DNA of 64,000 nt, taken from positions 62,001-126,000 of the forward strand of contig CBFDEM010000039.1 of the NCBI GenBank assembly GCA_965603825.1. Direction: 5' to 3'. This DNA comes from Blepharisma stoltei ATCC 30299 (Eukaryota; Protista; Ciliophora). Made by a program: the position numbers and the translations under genes. Below, one piece after another: positions 36,771 to 49,183 of the stretch. Position 1 is the first letter of the stretch. Every line of letters begins with the position of its first letter. The notes under the pieces are model-generated. The model searched no databases and had not been told where the DNA came from. It was given only the letters and a program-made list of their open reading frames with translations.

Positions 36771-38453
36771 ATGTCTGAAGAAACTAAAAACTTCAAAGAC
36801 TCAATCAAAGCAAGCAAAGAAGAGCGCGAGCGCAAGCTGAAAGAGCTCAGAGAGCGAAAAGCAAAACGTGACAGCTTGGATGCCGCTAGCAAAAACCCCT
36901 TTCCTTCTCCATTAACAGATAATAGAACTACTATAGTAAGCACTATTGACTCAACTGGCTCTAAAGAAAAATCTTCAATAGACCCTCCTCCAAACCCATT
37001 TGAGCCTCACAAGCCAATATTGGCTATAAAGTCCAGTGTTTCTTCTATAAGTGTTCCTCCAAAAACCAAAGTAATTTCATATGAGCGTGAAATTCAAGCA
37101 GAAATTGCCTCAGAAAGTGATGAAGAAGAAGAGGCAAGGATCACTGAAGATTTCGACCCCAGGGTCCGCAAAATGTCAACCCATATAGAAAAAAATGAGC
37201 CTGTTGAAGAAGCTCCTAAAAATGTAGAGCCAGAAATCCAAGAAATTGAGCCAGAAGAACTAGAAAAAATACTTGTCTCGACTGATTTTTCTGATTTTGT
37301 GCAAAGATCGACGAAACTTATGATAGAGTCTTTGGAAGAGGAATTCGACATAATGCAAAATTTTATTTTAAGCAGTAAATCTGATGACACCAATGACCAA
37401 AAAGGAAAAATTAAAATTATTGGCAGCCTAACTTTTACTGAAGAAGAACGGTGCATTTCAGCACTCGAATGGTCTCCACAATATGAAGATTTAATATTAG
37501 CAGCTTATACGAAAACTGAGACAACAAGCCAGAAACTTCCATATGGGCTTGTGCAGCTGTGGTCTATAGAAAACGAAAAATCGCCTAAGCATGTTTTGAC
37601 GTGCCAAGGATCAGTGACCCAGTCACAGTTTTACCCAAACGACCCCAATACTATTTTAGCAGGGACTTATAGTGGACAAGTCCTATTATGGGATTTACGT
37701 GTAAAAGGAGTCCCAGTACAGCGCAGCCCATCATTATCAAAAGGCCATAATTTCCCTATTATAGGCTTAAAGATTTCAGAAGGAGAGCACAGCAATAACA
37801 TAATCTCAATGTCAAGCGATGGCAGAATTTGTATATGGACTATGAATATGCTTCACAGCCCTGCTGAAACCTTTGAAACTAAAGGAAAAGTCGATTTCAG
37901 TGCGAATTGTGTAGATTTTTCTAAAGAAGAGCCATATAATTATTTAATTGGCACAGAAGATGGAAATATTATCCAAGGACCATTACAAGGCCAAATGCTA
38001 TCAGAAAGACAAGACTTGATCCAAGCCCATTGTGCGCCAGTGACCAGAGTTCAATATCACCCAGACTATGAGAGTGGCCTAATCCTATCCAGCTCAGTCG
38101 ATTGGACTGTAAAACTCTTTAAAGAAGCCAAACCAGAGCCTATTCTAATTATTGAGCCTTATGATGACTATGTATATGACACCAAATGAAGCCCAGTCCA
38201 CCCCTGTATGTTTGCAAGCGCTGATGGAGATGGTAATTTAGACGTCTGGGACTTAAGCAGAAACACAGAAACTCCTTTTGTCAGACAAAAGACTGGTGAA
38301 AGAGCCCTAAACAAGCTGAATTTTGATAAGTCAGGGAACAAAATTGCAGCTGGGAGCTCGAATTCTGTGATACATATAATGCAACTGGATAAGGACTATG
38401 TGCATCCTAGAATTGATGACTGGAATAAGCTAATTAAAACATTAGGAATATAA
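36771..38453 (+). CDS. Cytoplasmic dynein intermediate chain (WD40)
   Basis: Charged N-terminal helix, AGTYSGQVLLWD, SSSVDWTVKL, DTK[TGA]SPVHPCMFASADGDG. Confidence 0.9.
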
Positions 38454-38475
38454 ATAAATATTTTCGAAAAAAGAC

Positions 38476-40296
38476 TTAAAATATATCTGGGACATCTACA
38501 AACAGCACTTTTTCTTTATTTTCCCAATATCCTCCTATATATTTCCACTCTTCATTTTCTAGCGTAAACCACCTTGGCTTATAAATTTCTCCGCTTTCTT
38601 CTAATTTCCGTCGAGCAGCCCTTTGTTTTTCTTCAAGTCTCAGTTTTTCAGATCCAGCGGTTTTTAAATCTCCGCTTTCTAAGGCTCTTTGATCTGGCCT
38701 ATACCGGGAATCTGTAGGTGCAATAGCTGCTGGGTAGAGATCAGGGGATATGTTTAGCTGTAGCCCAAAATCATTGAAATAGTAATTCCATTCAAAATTT
38801 TCAGGAAAAGGGTGGAGTGATCAGGCTTCAATGACTTCTTGAGTTTCAAGGTTCATAATTTCCATGCCTTTATTTCAGTGGCCTTTAAGCTGGTATTTTT
38901 CAGTTCCATTTGTGTCATAAACAGAGCCTGTGACTTCAGTTTTTCGCTTTTCGAACCAGCCAGCCTTTTTGAATTCAAGAATTGCTTTTTCTCCAGTTTT
39001 ATAATTAATTATCTCAATCCTACCAAAATGCTGGACATAGATCCTCCCTATAATAATATTATGAGCACTCGTCTGTGGCTTTGTCCAAAAAAAATGGTCC
39101 CCTGTTTCTTTTAGCACCAAATGTGTGGGACACAAAGGGTTTATAAGCAAATAAGTCCCTTTAAAAGAGTTCCTTATTTCTGTGCTGCCTCAAAAAATAT
39201 ACCTAGGGTGCTCACAATGTAAAGCTGAAATCGGAGGATGGTGGCTAACCTGCTCACTGATTAAATGGAAATTGTCGGCTTCAAGCTCAAAAGTTTCCCC
39301 TAATAAAGGGTTAAATGGCTTCATGTTTCGGTAGTCACTAGACGTATAAGAAGTGACTGCAAAACAAGCTACATAAGCTAGCCTTAATAAAGAATTATCA
39401 GAATCACAAGCTTTTAAGATAATTTCGTTATAGGATAAATCTTCGGTAATTCTTTGCAGCATACTTATTGGCTCATTGTAGTAGACGGGGACTGCAATTT
39501 TACTTAGATCGAGACCTATGGAGTCTTTGATTACTTTTCAAATATAATATTTTGTGGTTGGGTCACGCAGATAAGGCAGACACGTCCTATGAGGCAGACG
39601 TGGGGTAAATTCTACGTGATAGTCACTCGCCAATTCAAATTTTCCCGAACTTTGTGCGTCCTCAAAATCGCTACCTATATTTATATTTTTTGGATTTTCT
39701 GCTAATAAAATGCTTTGCTTGTTACCTTTTGTTATCTCAAATGACCCGAAATCGGTGTTATTTAAGCTTTTTACATGGCTTGGGTCTTCTTCTATTATTC
39801 CTAACATCTCAGACGCTAAATTTTTAATGTCCCCACACAGTTTGCTTGCTTTTATTAACCCTGGAGTATTTTTTACAAGGTTGCTCGGCAATAAATCAAG
39901 GGTTTCTTCTATTTGAGCATGGACACTTCACATTTCTCCGATCTTAGTGGATATATAATGGAGTGAAGAATTGTCAGAATCAATTAAGCTTGGCCTTATG
40001 GTGATTTCTGATTCCTGCTGTTTTATTTCAGATTGAGAATGAAGAAGAGCTCGGTATCAGTCGTCAGCTTCTGTGATAGAATAAGCTTTTAGATGGACTT
40101 TATTCATGCCAGTGTCTATGTAAAATCTTGTAGGCTTTTTATGGTTTTTTATTATTTGTGACACCCCTAAATGGATTGTTCCGATGCTTGGCAGCCCTTT
40201 AGCTTTGCTGACATAGAGGACTCCTTTGTGTAGAATAAAGTATCGCCTTTGCCAAAAATAAACATAATTTTCCCATTTCAACAAATACCCTTCCAT
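38476..40296 (-). CDS. Oxysterol-binding protein (PH domain plus ORD)
   Basis: EGYLLKW PH domain; NEPISMLQR, KPFNPLLGETFE, EQVSHHPP, PTDSRYRPD; six TGA-Trp join the track ORFs. Confidence 0.93.
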
Positions 40297-40331
40297 TTAT
40301 CTCCAAAATTTTCTCCTTGAATTTATTTAAA

Positions 40332-41339
40332 TTATGAATTAATTGTTGTATATTGAGAAAGCGGGTTCTTAATAACCCTTAAGGCTGATCTCACAGTGAT
40401 TCCTAGAGGGCCGTATATTGGAGATAGCTGTGGATGTCCCATTATTGCAATACTGCAAAGCCCAAGGTAACTGTGGACAAGGTCTGGCTCTATGCAAGGG
40501 TATTTAGAAAATCCACCTTTGAAAAATTGGGTTTCTTGGTAAAACTGAATATTATCATTTATATCAATAAAAGAAATTCCACCTAAAATCTGCAGAGAAA
40601 GGCCTATTCAATATCCGTAGCAGCTGTCAGGGGCTTTGCCAATTCTTCCATGAAATCCGATTCCTTGTCTCATTAAAAGTCACTCAATTAAAAATTCTTT
40701 TTCTGGCAAAGCGTCAATTTTATTTAGTAAAAATAGAGAACTTAATGCACAGTAAGTCAGTCCTCCATGGCCTTCTATGCCTGGGTATAGGCCAATACTT
40801 TTGTCGTAGCTTTGAGATTTTAAGATAAAATCAACGATTTTTTCTTGGTTTATTTCGCCCCAGTAGTCTAAGATATAGCAAATTGCACACACACAAAAAA
40901 TAAACCTCATGTCTGCTTCTAAGCCGTCTTTATGTGATGTGAAATTTCCTGCTTCTTGCTGTAACAATTTAATTCCACCTATTAAATTTACTTTATCAAT
41001 TCTTGAAAAATCATCTCCAAGGATTAACAGCATTCCTAAAGCGCTATAAGTGCTGGCTAAGTTCCCATAATCCCAATAGCTTCCTTCTATAGAAGAAGTT
41101 GCTGGGTTTGCCCTGAATCCAGCTGATGCATAATTTGGCTCTATTTTTGGAATAATTTGCTGTTTATAAATCCAGTCAATAATTTCTTGTTTATTTAAGC
41201 AATCAAGTTCATTGAGAACATCTAATCCTGACACAATAAAAAATAAAGAAGTCATATATGACGAATGAGCTCCTTCTGGTAGTCCACGAAGCAGCGCTTT
41301 AAAAAAATCTACATGGGAGGGTATATTGATTTCTTCCAT
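40332..41339 (-). CDS. PGGT1B: Geranylgeranyltransferase type I beta subunit
   Basis: EADMRFIFC, EGHGGLTYCA, GFHGRIGKAPDSCYGY[TGA], PDLVHSYLGL. Confidence 0.85.
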
Positions 41340-41519
41340 ATTCTCTGTTTGTTTTTATTAAAAAAGGTTTATTAATGCAAAGTGAATAATAATGATTTAG
41401 AGGGAAATTAATAGAAACATTAAAATAATATTTAATTAAAAAATATTTAAAGATAAGCCACAATAGAACTTTGATTTTATGGTAAAATCTTAGAAATTTA
41501 AATAATTCATAATATAGAT

Positions 41520-43001
41520 ATGGATAGCGAAATTTCGGCTTTCGATAAACTTGAAAATCTTCGATTTTCAAGCTATGAAATTAACCAATTATTTTCAAGT
41601 CTTAAAGGCACACTTCCGGTTTCGATGGGATCTAAACTTCAAGATCTGTCACAAAAATTCCTCCAACTTTCAAACCAATGAACTGAACTATGCGAAGAAC
41701 TCGTTGAAAAATCTGAGGAAGAAAAAGCTAAAGCAAATGAAGCGACTAAACAAGAAAAAATCATGAAAAACAAAGAAAAAACAAAAAATTATAAAAGAGA
41801 AAAATACTTAGTAAATAAAGAAGCTGAAATTGATAAAAAAACCAGAGAGCTTGAACAATCAGTCTACAACGTAAAAGAAATAATTAAAGATAATGTAAAC
41901 CAGCTTGAAAAGTCATTAATCGATAAAAACATAAAGAAGAAAAACAGAGAAAAAGAGCAAATTTCTGAGCTAAACCAATTTGAAGACGAAATGAGCACTG
42001 TTTTAGAAAAGCCGATTTTAGTAGAAAAAAGCTTGGATTTGCCAAAAATCCATGCGCCAGATGAGAGCATAAGCATTAATAATTTGTCAGCGATTGAGCG
42101 AGACGGCCCGCCAATAGAAATAGATGTTTCTTATGCAACAGAATTGAATGTGACTGAAGAATTTGAAAAAATAGTTGACGAAAACGCAAAAAATAACCCA
42201 GAAATTATTAACAGCTCAAAATTTTCAATCGAAAAAACCATAGGAGGCTGAGAATCAAATTTAGAAAGTGATACAAGCAATATTTCTATTGAAATTAGGC
42301 CAAGAGATATAGAGCAAGCATTAAATGAATTCGAAAGATTAAATGGATCGCTATATGAAGAAACTATGGTAAAAATTCGTTCTCTTTTATCTCAAGGCCC
42401 TGAAAACTTTGAATTAGGTATGCAGCTAGCGAAATTACTACTTAAAAAGAACGGATATGAAATAAAACCAGCCATTCCTACGTCAAAAATGTTAACTCCA
42501 ATGGACTCAAAAAATTATAATGCTCCATTTGCGTCCCCAGACCATTTTAAGAGTAAACAAAAACAAATTTTTAAAGAAAAAATCCAAGAAAATCAGCAAG
42601 ATCTAGAAATGACAAGTCCAAGAGAATTGATGTACAATGGGGGCTGCATACACCCTATGCTAGAAGAGACAGATGAAATAGAAGATAGCAGAATTTTATC
42701 AAATAACAATATAGAAGCTTTTCTAAATTCCCCTAGTATTGAGGATTCTAATTTTCAGGACCAAAATATTGATATCAGCTCAATGCATCCTACAGATTTG
42801 GAGACTGAAAATTCAAGGTTTGATGATAGAATTTTAAATTCAAAAGACAGCGGGATGATTTTTAGAGGTACCAACTCGGTAAATGAGCCTCCAAGTACTA
42901 AGAAAAAAGAAATTAAAGGTTTTTCGAATTCTCACAGCCAAAGCATCATGAAAACAGAAAGCTGCACAAAATTCCAGCTAGATAGCTCTAAAGGTTTTTA
43001 A
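41520..43001 (+). CDS. Charged/coiled-coil hypothetical protein
   Basis: ATG 41520; two TGA-Trp join track ORFs in one frame. Confidence 0.7.
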
Positions 43002-43145
43002 AGTGGCATTTTTAAGTAATCTGATTTAATTTTTACGCTTAATCTAAAACATATAAGCTATTCAATGTCTTCATATTTAAATCAGAAACGTTCACCTTAT
43101 TTACTGACAAATTAAATATTTATAATAATTATTTTCTTTTTTTAA

Positions 43146-43991
43146 ATGGAGAGCCTACTTTCATTTCAAATTTCAACTCAAGACTTGCACATTCCAAAAC
43201 CGCGAAAAAAATCGCTGGGGGAAATAAAAGCTGAAGACATCGTCGATGCATTAGAAAGATGCGTAGGAGTGAATACCTTAGACCTATCTCAGTACCAGTT
43301 CGGCTTAGAAGGGATCAAAATTGTCGCCAAAGCTTTATTGAAATATCAGGGCACATTAGCACTTGATTTATCGTCAAATAATATCCGCTCTGATGGACTA
43401 GCTCATTTAATTGAGGCGCTCTTTAGAATGAAATTATTAAGGGAACTGAATTTATCAAATAATTTTTTAGGGATGAAGGGAATCGCACACATGGAAAAAT
43501 TGCTGCCGAAGCTGCATAATTTACAGTTTTTGGATTTATCGTCGAATTATATTGGCTTTGAGGGAGCAATGGCTTTGGGAAAATGCATAGGGAGTTTATT
43601 TTCATTGAAAATTTTAAATATTTCGGATAATTATTTATATGATGCCGGACTTGTATTTATAGCTTTAGGATTCAAAAATTATCAAGGACTTAATATCATT
43701 TCTATCAAAAATAACCAAATAACCACTATGTCATTGAGGTTTTTGCTTGAAAAATTAAGAAGCCAAAAGTCATTGAAAATGGTTGAATTTTATGATAATA
43801 AAAACTGGGAAGCTCTTAGCCGAGCATTTTGGCTCGAAAGTGTAGGAATGGTAGGAATTCAAGCAGATGGGCCAAATTTGGAATTTTGTAATAAATGCAA
43901 GAGATATTGTGACAAAAAGTTGTGCGAGTGGAGCAGAAGGAGGCCTATTTGCACTTTCCGAAGTTTGAGTAAAAGTTATAAACTAATATAA
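43146..43991 (+). CDS. RNI-like leucine-rich repeat protein
   Basis: 28-residue LxxLxLSxNxIGxxG repeats. Confidence 0.88.
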   Translation: MESLLSFQISTQDLHIPKPRKKSLGEIKAEDIVDALERCVGVNTLDLSQYQFGLEGIKIVAKALLKYQGTLALDLSSNNIRSDGLAHLIEALFRMKLLRELNLSNNFLGMKGIAHMEKLLPKLHNLQFLDLSSNYIGFEGAMALGKCIGSLFSLKILNISDNYLYDAGLVFIALGFKNYQGLNIISIKNNQITTMSLRFLLEKLRSQKSLKMVEFYDNKNWEALSRAFWLESVGMVGIQADGPNLEFCNKCKRYCDKKLCEWSRRRPICTFRSLSKSYKLI

Positions 43992-44044
43992 TGCCATAAT
44001 CTCTAAATATTTATTATTATTAATAAATCGAAATCCTCACAAAT

Positions 44045-47000
44045 ATGGAAACTACAAAGCAGCAAGAAAAATCATTCCCCTTCCCTGCAGTTGTTTCCAA
44101 AACCAACTTAAGCACTGAAACCCTAAAAGCCAATGAATCCCATGATGAAGAAAAACAAGCCCTTCTAGAAATGCTTGATAAAAACCAAAAACTCTTACAA
44201 AAAGCTCAATCTGAATATTTAAAAGAAAAAGAAGAAATTGAACAAAATTTCCAAAAATCCCAAAATACTTTAAAAAGACAAATCGAAATCTATGAACAAG
44301 AAATCGAAATTTTGAAAACAGAAATCGACCGTTTGAAAAATGCAAAATCCAAACAGTCAGAAGAAAGCTTGAGAAATCAACTGTTAAAAGAAATCGAAAA
44401 TATTCGCCTTGTCGAAAATGAACGAAAATCAGCTCAACAAGTCAAAATTAGCGAATTAAACCAAAAAATTGAAATTTTGACTAGACAAATAGAAGAGAAA
44501 AATAAGCGACATATAGAAGAAAAAGAACATCTTCTCCGTCAAGTGGATAATACAAGAAAAGATGCAAGAAGGGTCGAAAATGAATTCCAAGCTCAGCTGG
44601 ATTTACTTATATCAAGATTTGAAAAAACAAACATTCAATTAAACAAAAAATCACAAAAAATCGAAAAAATTCAAAAAGAGTATGAGGAACGATTTCGGGA
44701 GCTTTTAAAGCAAAAAAATGAAGAAGAGGAGCTTTGGATAAGAGAGAAAAATAGTTTACATAATGAAATTTCTGTAAAATCAGCTGAAGATAACCATGAC
44801 GAATTGATGTGGAAGCAGCTCAAAGAATTCCAAGTGGAGAGAGAAAATGTCGAAGAAGCTCATAATGAAAGGATAAATGCATTAGAAATTAAAAAAGAGC
44901 AGCTAGAAGCACAGATTGAACAGCTGATAACAATTTCTGGGGATAGGGAGCTGTCTTTAGAAGAAGAAGTCGAAAGACTGAGAAATGCTAATCAAACACT
45001 GATGGATATTAATTATGAAAGAGAGCAGATATTTGAAAATGAGCTTGAAAATATGAGAAAAGAGCTGGTTTATATAAGAGAATCCTCTGAATCTCAGGTG
45101 ACGCAATATTTAAAAGACCATAGTGAGCAGAACAAAGAGTATGAAATGTATGAAAAAGTTTTAGAGGAAGCCAAAAATTTCCATGCTGTTAATTTGGAAA
45201 AAGAATTTAGGATTATTAGTGCTCAGTTAAGACAAAAAGAAGCAGAAATAAAAACACTGAAGGAAACTAATAGAGGGAAACCAAAAGGAAGAAAAAATAA
45301 CTCGGCTGTTTCTATTATGAATGAGCTTTTAAATCAACAAAATTTAATAAATACCGAGCTGGAGAATTTTAAAATTCACTTTAAAGCCATTGAAGAGCAA
45401 TCAGAAAAAAAAGAAAAAGAGAATTTTGAATTAATAGAAATGCTGACATCTCAGCTTTATTCTACAGAACAAAAACTTGTGGAATCTATATCTCAAGATA
45501 ATGAAAAAGACTATCAAAAGCTTTCAGATCGCTTAATCGTTGCTGAGCAGGAGCTTGATTATGCTAAAAAACATTTAGAGCAGTATATATCTTCAGTGAA
45601 ATCATTAGAAGAAATAATTGAAAATAAAAATGGGAATGATTCTTCTGATATGTATAAAAAAGCACAAATTGAAATTTCTAGGCTAAATAAAGAAAACCAA
45701 ACCTTGCTTGAAGTAAAAGAAGCCACTGATGAGAGACATTTACAAGAAAAAAATCAGCTGTTAGAGTTAATTGTAGCAAAAGATAATGAAATTGAAAAAT
45801 TAAAATCAATCATAAAAAAACGAAAATCATCAAAAAATATGATGATTGATGAAAAAAATAGACACACAACTTTTCAAAATTTATTTAAAAGCTTAGAAGC
45901 TTTATCAAAAAATTATTCTCAACAATTAAATTCTATAAAAAAAGTTAAATTGCAAGATAGCTCAGAAGAAAATAAATCAGGTAAAATTGAAAATAAAGAA
46001 ATAAAAGATGAATTTATTAAAGAAAATGAAGAATTATACCAGGAAATCCAGAGATTAAAATTAATTATTGATTCAGTCCTTGATGAATGTTGTAAAAAGT
46101 CAAGCATATTAGATGAGGAAAGAGAACTTTTAAAGCTAGAACGTGAAAAAATGCAAACGCTTATATCGCATTCTGGATATAAAGATTATTTTAGCCCAAA
46201 AAAAGAAAAAGATGAAAAAAACCAGTCTCAATTGATAACACTAGCAAAAGATGATATTGCTGCCTTACAAAAGCAGCTAGAGCAAGAAAGAAAAATGCAT
46301 CAAATTGAATTGGAGACTTTCCATAAAAATAACGAAAACGAGCTACTTGTGCTGAGAAGTGAGCAGGAAGCATTTGTTAAGCATATCAAAATTTTAAGGG
46401 AGCAGCTGAAAAATATCAATTTCACTTCAGCAATACAAAGAGATGCCCAAGAAAAACTAATAAAACAGCTAAAATCCGAGCTTTCGTCTGTAAAAGAACT
46501 GACAAATGAAAAAATTCAGCTTTTAATGAAAGAGCAAAAAAAGTTGAGAACTGAGCTATCTCAAATTATAGAAAAAAATTCATTAAAAGATAAAAAAAGA
46601 AAAAAATCTTATCTAGAAAAAATTAAGCAGCTTGAGTCGACAATTGATGAAAAAAATAAAATAATTCAAGAAAAAACTACACATTTAATACAAGAACAAG
46701 CCAGAGCAAGCAAAATTGAAGAAGAAATCCAGAACCAATTTAAAGATGAAATAAAGAGATTAAAGGATGAAATAAAAAAAATAAAAATTTCCGAAGAAAA
46801 TAAAGAATGGACACTTGCTAGGGAGAGAGAAATTTATAATGGGGCTTTAAAAAAATTGCAAGTAGGCGTCGAAGCTATTCAGCAGTCAGCCATTTCTGAA
46901 GCCCATGAAATTAATTGTGATTTGGAAATTGTGAATAAAAAAATCGAGATTTATGAAAAAGAAAAAGAAATTTTAAAAGAACAAAGAAACGAAGCTCTGG

Positions 47001-47110
47001 AATATTTAATGAGAGCGAAAATCATGGGTGAAGCAGAAAAGCAAGAAATTTTGATGCTGGTAGAACATTTGAGATCTCAAGAAATAAAGAGAAATAAGTT
47101 GACTATGTAA
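44045..47110 (+). CDS. Long coiled-coil protein (1021 aa)
   Basis: Uninterrupted E/K/Q/L heptad-rich ORF. Confidence 0.85.
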   Translation: METTKQQEKSFPFPAVVSKTNLSTETLKANESHDEEKQALLEMLDKNQKLLQKAQSEYLKEKEEIEQNFQKSQNTLKRQIEIYEQEIEILKTEIDRLKNAKSKQSEESLRNQLLKEIENIRLVENERKSAQQVKISELNQKIEILTRQIEEKNKRHIEEKEHLLRQVDNTRKDARRVENEFQAQLDLLISRFEKTNIQLNKKSQKIEKIQKEYEERFRELLKQKNEEEELWIREKNSLHNEISVKSAEDNHDELMWKQLKEFQVERENVEEAHNERINALEIKKEQLEAQIEQLITISGDRELSLEEEVERLRNANQTLMDINYEREQIFENELENMRKELVYIRESSESQVTQYLKDHSEQNKEYEMYEKVLEEAKNFHAVNLEKEFRIISAQLRQKEAEIKTLKETNRGKPKGRKNNSAVSIMNELLNQQNLINTELENFKIHFKAIEEQSEKKEKENFELIEMLTSQLYSTEQKLVESISQDNEKDYQKLSDRLIVAEQELDYAKKHLEQYISSVKSLEEIIENKNGNDSSDMYKKAQIEISRLNKENQTLLEVKEATDERHLQEKNQLLELIVAKDNEIEKLKSIIKKRKSSKNMMIDEKNRHTTFQNLFKSLEALSKNYSQQLNSIKKVKLQDSSEENKSGKIENKEIKDEFIKENEELYQEIQRLKLIIDSVLDECCKKSSILDEERELLKLEREKMQTLISHSGYKDYFSPKKEKDEKNQSQLITLAKDDIAALQKQLEQERKMHQIELETFHKNNENELLVLRSEQEAFVKHIKILREQLKNINFTSAIQRDAQEKLIKQLKSELSSVKELTNEKIQLLMKEQKKLRTELSQIIEKNSLKDKKRKKSYLEKIKQLESTIDEKNKIIQEKTTHLIQEQARASKIEEEIQNQFKDEIKRLKDEIKKIKISEENKEWTLAREREIYNGALKKLQVGVEAIQQSAISEAHEINCDLEIVNKKIEIYEKEKEILKEQRNEALEYLMRAKIMGEAEKQEILMLVEHLRSQEIKRNKLTM

Positions 47111-47351
47111 ATCTTTTTAAAATATTTATAAAATTAAATAAAGAGTAAAACTAATTAAGCTCGAAATTTAGCAAATGATAACTGTATTTAATAATTTAAA
47201 ATTAGCTCTTACAAATGATTGGAGAATATAATAATAGTTTAATACAATTAATATTTAAGTGTTTGTATGGAATATCCTATGCAATTTTAAAATATCTCAA
47301 ATTAAAATTCAGCAAAATATTTTTATGTAATTTCTCCATAATTTAAAAACC

Positions 47352-49133
47352 ATGACTACAAATCTTATCAGCTCAAAGCATCAAAGCATTCGTGGCCGAT
47401 TAATCATGCCTAGGCATCTTTCAGAATGAGATGATAGATTTTGGTTAGGAAAAATAAGTAATGTTCTTCCTGAAATTCCTTGTAATTCATATGCAGTAAA
47501 AAGGGCTTTTTCAGGCTCCGCATCAACTCGAGCAAGTATAAAATCAGCTGGATCTCTTTCAACAAATAATTTGTTAAAATTGCGTCCTAATACAGGCACT
47601 ATGAAAAATGCAATCAGCCTAGAAAGGGAAATATTTATTTTAAAAAATCAACTTGATGAGGTCTGAAATACAAAAAGTGTCCCAGAATTCCATAGAAATT
47701 TATTTCTTACTTCTTTATCTTTCCTTAAAACGTCAAATCTTCAGCTCGAAGCTATAAAAAAAGAATCCTCCAATATCAAAAAAAATTCAGCGCCTGTTCT
47801 ATGTGTAATCACAGCTATTAATGATCGAGAAACCTTATTGAAAAAATTAGAAGAAAAATCATTTGAAGAGACAAATAAACCAATTTTTATATTAGAAATT
47901 GGAGAAATGATAAAAAATATAAGACAAATTAGCCTTGAAGTTATTGATTTTATCAAAATCTGGAGAAGTTATTTGCAAATGCCTATTGCAAAGTTTATCT
48001 GAAATAACGAAGATTATTTCGAAAAAATGAAAAATGACTATAAATTTATATTAGAAAGTCCAATATCCAAAATAATTAAATTTCCCCCAAACTGCACAAC
48101 ATTTTTTATCCAGCTTAAAACACAAAGGTAGAGAGTAATCAGAAATAAAAATAATAGCCAAGAATCCCAGAATTTATTCAAGGTAAACCCTCATCTCCAA
48201 GCAAGAGTTTTAAACGCACATCGTACTTTAGGAATTGAAATCACCAAATTGTCAATTAAGAAAAAAAGACTAATTCGGCAGCCCAAAAACCAAGCAATTC
48301 AGCTAAATTTTAACTTCCAAATATCATCAGCTGAAGAAGAAAGGCCAAGCCAATGGGAAAGTTCTGAAAGTGAAGACGAGGCCCAGCATAATGCAATCCT
48401 TTCTAATGATTTCCAAGAAGCATATCTCATCGAAATTTCTGAAAAAATGACTAAAGATATAGTCAGAGAAAGCTGCAGAGAAATGATATCAGCAAGCTTG
48501 GTTTTATTTTCCAGCTCGATTTTAGACAAACTTATAACAGAAGTTTTATCACAACAAATTAATCAAGTAGCTACAGTTGCATATCAAGAAACGAAAGATG
48601 GAGAATATATTGATTTTCAGGTACAAATACTCCAAATGGCAATGGAAGAAATTTTATTGGACAATTTTAATTCAGCAAGCTCACAGTATTTAGCTGAGTT
48701 AATTTCTGATATATATAGTGATGACTTAAATTTTGCTGAAATTGTTCAAGAAGCAATAAATGAAGAGCATAATTGGAATGTGAAAATAATTATTTTATTA
48801 TTTGAAGAGCTTATAACTGATTTACTATCAGAAGAATGGTTTGAAATTTTAATTGAAGACACTTTAAGCTATACCAGACTAGACGATATGTGGAAAATCC
48901 TCCCATTGACTGCCCAAAAGCAGCTGTATAAAACTGACAGAGAAAAAATCCACAATAAAATCGCTGAAGATTTTTATTTTGATATTTTAAATTCTGTGGT
49001 TGGCGATATATGGACTTTTAGAATTGTACACGCAGTCGTCAATGAAGAAGATGACTATGATATTGATAAAATTTTACCAATAAAAGAAGAGAGAACTTCT
49101 AAAAAGCGCTCGACCAAAATTAACTATTCTTAA
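47352..49133 (+). CDS. Hypothetical protein with N-terminal W-D-D-R-F-W motif; one 15-nt intron
   Basis: ATG 47352, three TGA-Trp, intron 48128-48142 joins to track ORF 48249..49133 in frame. Confidence 0.75.
48128..48142 (+). other. 15-nt intron GTAGAGAGTAATCAG
   Basis: GT..AG, A10, removes in-frame TAG. Confidence 0.8.
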
Positions 49134-49183
49134 TAAAATTTGGTACAGAATTTAACCCTTTTAATAGGCTAATAATTTTTTCT

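Noticed and set aside
3710-41339. Functional cluster of lipidation genes (CaaX kinase, ABHD17, GGTase-I beta, acylated proteins)
   Set aside because: Scattered among unrelated housekeeping genes; co-occurrence is expected by chance
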